Below, one piece after another: positions 50,602-52,428 of a stretch of 52,428 bases of DNA (position 1 is its first letter; each line of letters opens with the position of its first letter). Source of the stretch: Vezdaea acicularis. Its lineage: Eukaryota. The position numbers and the translations under genes are program-made. The notes beneath the pieces are model-generated. The model saw only the letters and a list, made by a program, of their open reading frames with translations. It was not told where the DNA came from and ran no database searches. Location: positions 1 to 52,428 of the forward strand of contig JAPEUI010000110.1 in the NCBI GenBank assembly GCA_026025075.1. Direction: 5' to 3'.

Positions 50602-50879
50602 GAGTACCGGGGGGCGGAATGCATAGGCGATGGCGGGCACAAGACGGTTTTTTCACATGTCATGCACAAAGGACGCTGATTCGATGACGGGGCTTACTTG
50701 GGAGCGTATCATGGTTATTGCGTGGGAGGGAGTTTTGCACGGTTTTGATCTGTGAAGAAAATCTGTATTCTAGATCTGTAAGACTACGAGAATTGAGTTC
50801 AGAAAGCTGCTCGCAGCCCTGAGACCAGAAAAGAAAATGAAATGAAATAAAGAAAATAGTGAAGATGAGCCAGCCCCTT

Positions 50880-52400
50880 TCAGCAGAGCAAGGGCAAGTC
50901 CACTCGCATCGCCTCCTTGTAGGTCTTCTTATTCTGCCGCTCTTCGGCGGACCACTGTTCCGGTGTGATGTCCTCTGACATGAGCTGCCTACAGAACTGA
51001 CCCGTCTGGGCGTACGTCCTGGCAACCTCCTTATCCTCATCCGTCCACCACTGTTCCGTGAGTCGCTCACAGGGGTTTTTCCACCAAGACTCCGTGCCCG
51101 GAGGCGCGGTGATCGTGGGGTTGAACAGATCTTGGGCATCGAACGGTTTGGCGTGCGGCTCCATCGAAGAGTCGCTGCCCGTATTAGCGATGTTGCACCA
51201 TCTCTCTAGATCTCGGGTCTCGCCCCGAGCGACTTTTTCGCTGTCGTTAGGGATCATGATGGAGTGGATAGAGGTAGAGAGGGGGAAGGAGCTAAGGACG
51301 CGGTCGTGGAAAGCGTTCTCATACTGCCAGAATTCATCCGTGTGCATCTCTTGGATGCGATCCATACAGACGGGCCAGATCTTGGAAGACTTTGTGTCTT
51401 CGCCGCGTAGCGGTGATTTGAAGCGGCCCTTACGGTAGCAGGGATCAACGGCTTCGGACTGCCTGTACTTACCTTGGAGCTCGACAGATGGCCACTCGAA
51501 ACAAGCCGTTCCCCAAAAGTGCTCTGGGTCGGACCCGTATCCACGAATCAGGCCGCCGAAGACAGAGCTTTCCCAGCTATCGGCAACGTCGGCGATTCTC
51601 TCTCCATTGAGGTAGGGCTCGCTGTATCCAATAGCTGGGCGGCCATGGTGCAAGGCCATTTCCACAGCATGAGCGATGCCGCGTACAAAATGGATTGCAA
51701 GGGCTGTTTGGATGCGAAGAAGCTGAGATATCCTTACCTCGTCATCTGGTTTAGCTCCTTCAAGTTCGACCATGGTGAGCAAGATATCGCTGTTGATCAG
51801 TATTCTGCTCTTGACTCCAGTCTTTTCACCAAACCTTCTGACTGGCAGGCCTGTCCCGGTTAGAACAGTGTATGCCTCCCTATCACATGGCTTAACAAGG
51901 GGAGCAAAATCGCACACCTCGAAAGTGATGGCATCACCGTCAACCCCCTGCTCAGCCCCAGCGAGCCATTGCAGCGTTCGGAGAACATTCTCCATCTCGA
52001 ATGTCCGTTGACCGTCATTCCTATGGGTAACGGTTTTAGCCTCTACACCTGGCCGAGTATTAGGTAGTCCACTTAATCGTTTGCGCTCCGCAAAGATTAG
52101 AGTATGCCACCACTCCAGATTGCTGGGCAAAGTTAGTAGATGGCTCGCCAGTTGGAGGCTTGGCAGCATGATGCTCATTATCTCATTGTTGGTGCTGACC
52201 CATTTCTGAGGCGCAAAAAGTGGGTGAATAACATTAGTAAGGGTGGAGAAACACACCCGGGAGTGCCTGGCCGTGACCACATCATGGTCAAGCATTGCCA
52301 GCTGCAATGCGCTGAATCCATTATATGCGGCTTTTTCGCCTATCTCAACGGTGATGTTGAGGATATCCATATCTAGTGTTAGTCCAGCAAGTTTGGTCAT
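50880..52400 (-). CDS. Hypothetical protein, zincin-like with a degenerate HExxH motif
   Basis: Uninterrupted 506-aa ORF with IHPLF..QKW, PSLQLASHLL, LLRIQTALAIHFVRGIAHA, EPYLNGERIADVADSWESSVFGG and VCMDRIQEMHTDEFW. Confidence 0.7.
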   Translation of the reverse strand: MTKLAGLTLDMDILNITVEIGEKAAYNGFSALQLAMLDHDVVTARHSRVCFSTLTNVIHPLFAPQKWVSTNNEIMSIMLPSLQLASHLLTLPSNLEWWHTLIFAERKRLSGLPNTRPGVEAKTVTHRNDGQRTFEMENVLRTLQWLAGAEQGVDGDAITFEVCDFAPLVKPCDREAYTVLTGTGLPVRRFGEKTGVKSRILINSDILLTMVELEGAKPDDEVRISQLLRIQTALAIHFVRGIAHAVEMALHHGRPAIGYSEPYLNGERIADVADSWESSVFGGLIRGYGSDPEHFWGTACFEWPSVELQGKYRQSEAVDPCYRKGRFKSPLRGEDTKSSKIWPVCMDRIQEMHTDEFWQYENAFHDRVLSSFPLSTSIHSIMIPNDSEKVARGETRDLERWCNIANTGSDSSMEPHAKPFDAQDLFNPTITAPPGTESWWKNPCERLTEQWWTDEDKEVARTYAQTGQFCRQLMSEDITPEQWSAEERQNKKTYKEAMRVDLPLLC

Positions 52401-52428
52401 CTTGAGTCGAAAGTCCGCGCCGGTGAGG

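Noticed and set aside
1..52428. tRNA, rRNA, snRNA, transposons, CRISPR arrays, secondary-metabolite clusters
   Set aside because: None were recognised by eye. Small ncRNAs could have been missed without tRNAscan-SE or Infernal.

Overview
Left end of a chromosome from a filamentous ascomycete (Pezizomycotina): TTAGGG telomere, short GT-AG introns with CTRAC branch sites. The window opens with 21 perfect TAACCC repeats and goes into gene-dense, apparently single-copy DNA with no recognisable subtelomere. About 21 protein-coding genes follow: cytochrome c (stop codon ~940 bp from the telomere), a conserved hypothetical, RRP42, an MFS sugar porter, PRE8, a RING-CH protein, two hypotheticals, a DUF7514-like protein, an Stc1-domain protein, Ime2 kinase, a C/H-rich hypothetical, an atypical Hsp70, LSM1, a coiled-coil hypothetical, anthranilate synthase component I, an 11-exon ATE1 that is almost invisible in the ORF track, a Ddp1-like Nudix hydrolase, calcipressin, RPB3 and a zincin-like protein with a degenerate motif. 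I saw no tRNA, rRNA, transposon or CRISPR array. I did not find a clear new multi-gene system. The best leads are the naked telomere, a splice-dependent uORF over the Ime2 start, a frame-preserving structured intron in ATE1, an orphan intron opposite Ime2, and a probable pseudo-metalloprotease. All gene models were spliced by hand and product calls come from motif recognition, not database searches.
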